Assembly (NCBI GenBank): GCA_963702205.1
Contig: OY969724.1
Location: forward strand, 3,104,001-3,168,000
Direction of reading: 5' to 3'
Source: an uncultured candidate division Zixibacteria bacterium
GTDB lineage: Bacteria > Zixibacteria > MSB-5A5 > GN15 > PGXB01
Length of the DNA stretch: 64,000 nucleotides
Numbering within the stretch: the first letter of the stretch is position 1; every line of letters begins with the position of its first letter. Shown piece after piece: positions 63,524 through 64,000 of this stretch. The notes beneath the pieces were generated by a model, which saw only the letters and a program-made list of their open reading frames with translations, was not told the origin of the DNA and ran no database searches. Both the position numbers and the translations under genes were made by a program.

Positions 63524-64000
63524 CTATTTTTTGTATTTTCCCGCCAATTGCCCGCAGGCGCCGTCGATATCGAGACCCCGGCTCTTGCGAACCGTGACCG
63601 CCGGTACGTGCGGATATAATTTCTGTGCGAATCTGTCAATTTCATCTTCGGTCGGCCGCCGGTACGGCAGGCCCTCGACCGGGTTATAACTGAGTATATT
63701 TATTTTACAAGGGATACCCCTGACCAGCCGTGACAGTTCCTTAATATCTTCATCGGAATCGTTAAAATCTCCGATTAAAACATATTCGAATGTGACGGGG
63801 TTTTTTCTGATTTTCGCGAAATACCGCGCCGCTTCGGTCAATTTGTCCAGAGGATGTTTTTTCGCCACCGGAATTATCCGGCGGCGTTTGGTGTCGTTGG
63901 CGGCGTGAAGCGATATCGCCAGATTCACTTTCAGGCCGGTATCGGCCAGGCGGATGATTTCCGGCACGATGCCGACCGTGGAGACCGTCACCTTGCGCGC
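63524..64000 (-). CDS. rlmN: Dual-specificity RNA methyltransferase RlmN, 3' part
   Basis: TVSTVG, ISLHA, FEYVLI, GLDIDGACGQL. Confidence 0.95.
   Translation of the reverse strand, partial: ARKVTVSTVGIVPEIIRLADTGLKVNLAISLHAANDTKRRRIIPVAKKHPLDKLTEAARYFAKIRKNPVTFEYVLIGDFNDSDEDIKELSRLVRGIPCKINILSYNPVEGLPYRRPTEDEIDRFAQKLYPHVPAVTVRKSRGLDIDGACGQLAGKYKK

Noticed and set aside
1..64000. tRNA, rRNA, prophage or autonomous IS
   Set aside because: None recognised by eye; no integrase or transposase ORF seen

Overview
A mostly housekeeping bacterial chromosome segment of moderate GC. A dockerin-bearing S8 peptidase and a PEP-CTERM protein suggest an FCB-group organism such as Zixibacteria (inference only). 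Core genes include ptsI (3' end), pgi/pmi, panD, rsfS, rho, recN, dnaG, mutS2, cvpA, rpsU, motAB, yebC-ruvCAB, mtnA, a pilMNOPQ-type type IV pilus operon, a ctpA-like protease and rlmN (3' end). Between them lie low-GC accessory genes and two families of palindromic intergenic repeats. Main points of interest: (1) a catalytically dead LeuC/aconitase-family domain fused to tandem HTH-like repeats, a candidate new metabolite-sensing regulator; (2) a small secreted-protein gene directly upstream of a TPR-GAF-sigma54 activator, a candidate peptide-signalling pair, with -24/-12 promoters in front of the PEP-CTERM and pilin genes; (3) all seven apparent frameshifts fall at GTAC, most likely base-calling errors at a modified motif; (4) a selenocysteine peroxiredoxin with a SECIS-like hairpin; (5) an ammonia-lyase with Ala-Cys-Gly at the MIO site behind a structured leader; (6) a 152-bp MITE inserted into the loop of another repeat. 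Product calls rest on recognising motifs by eye; no database searches were run.
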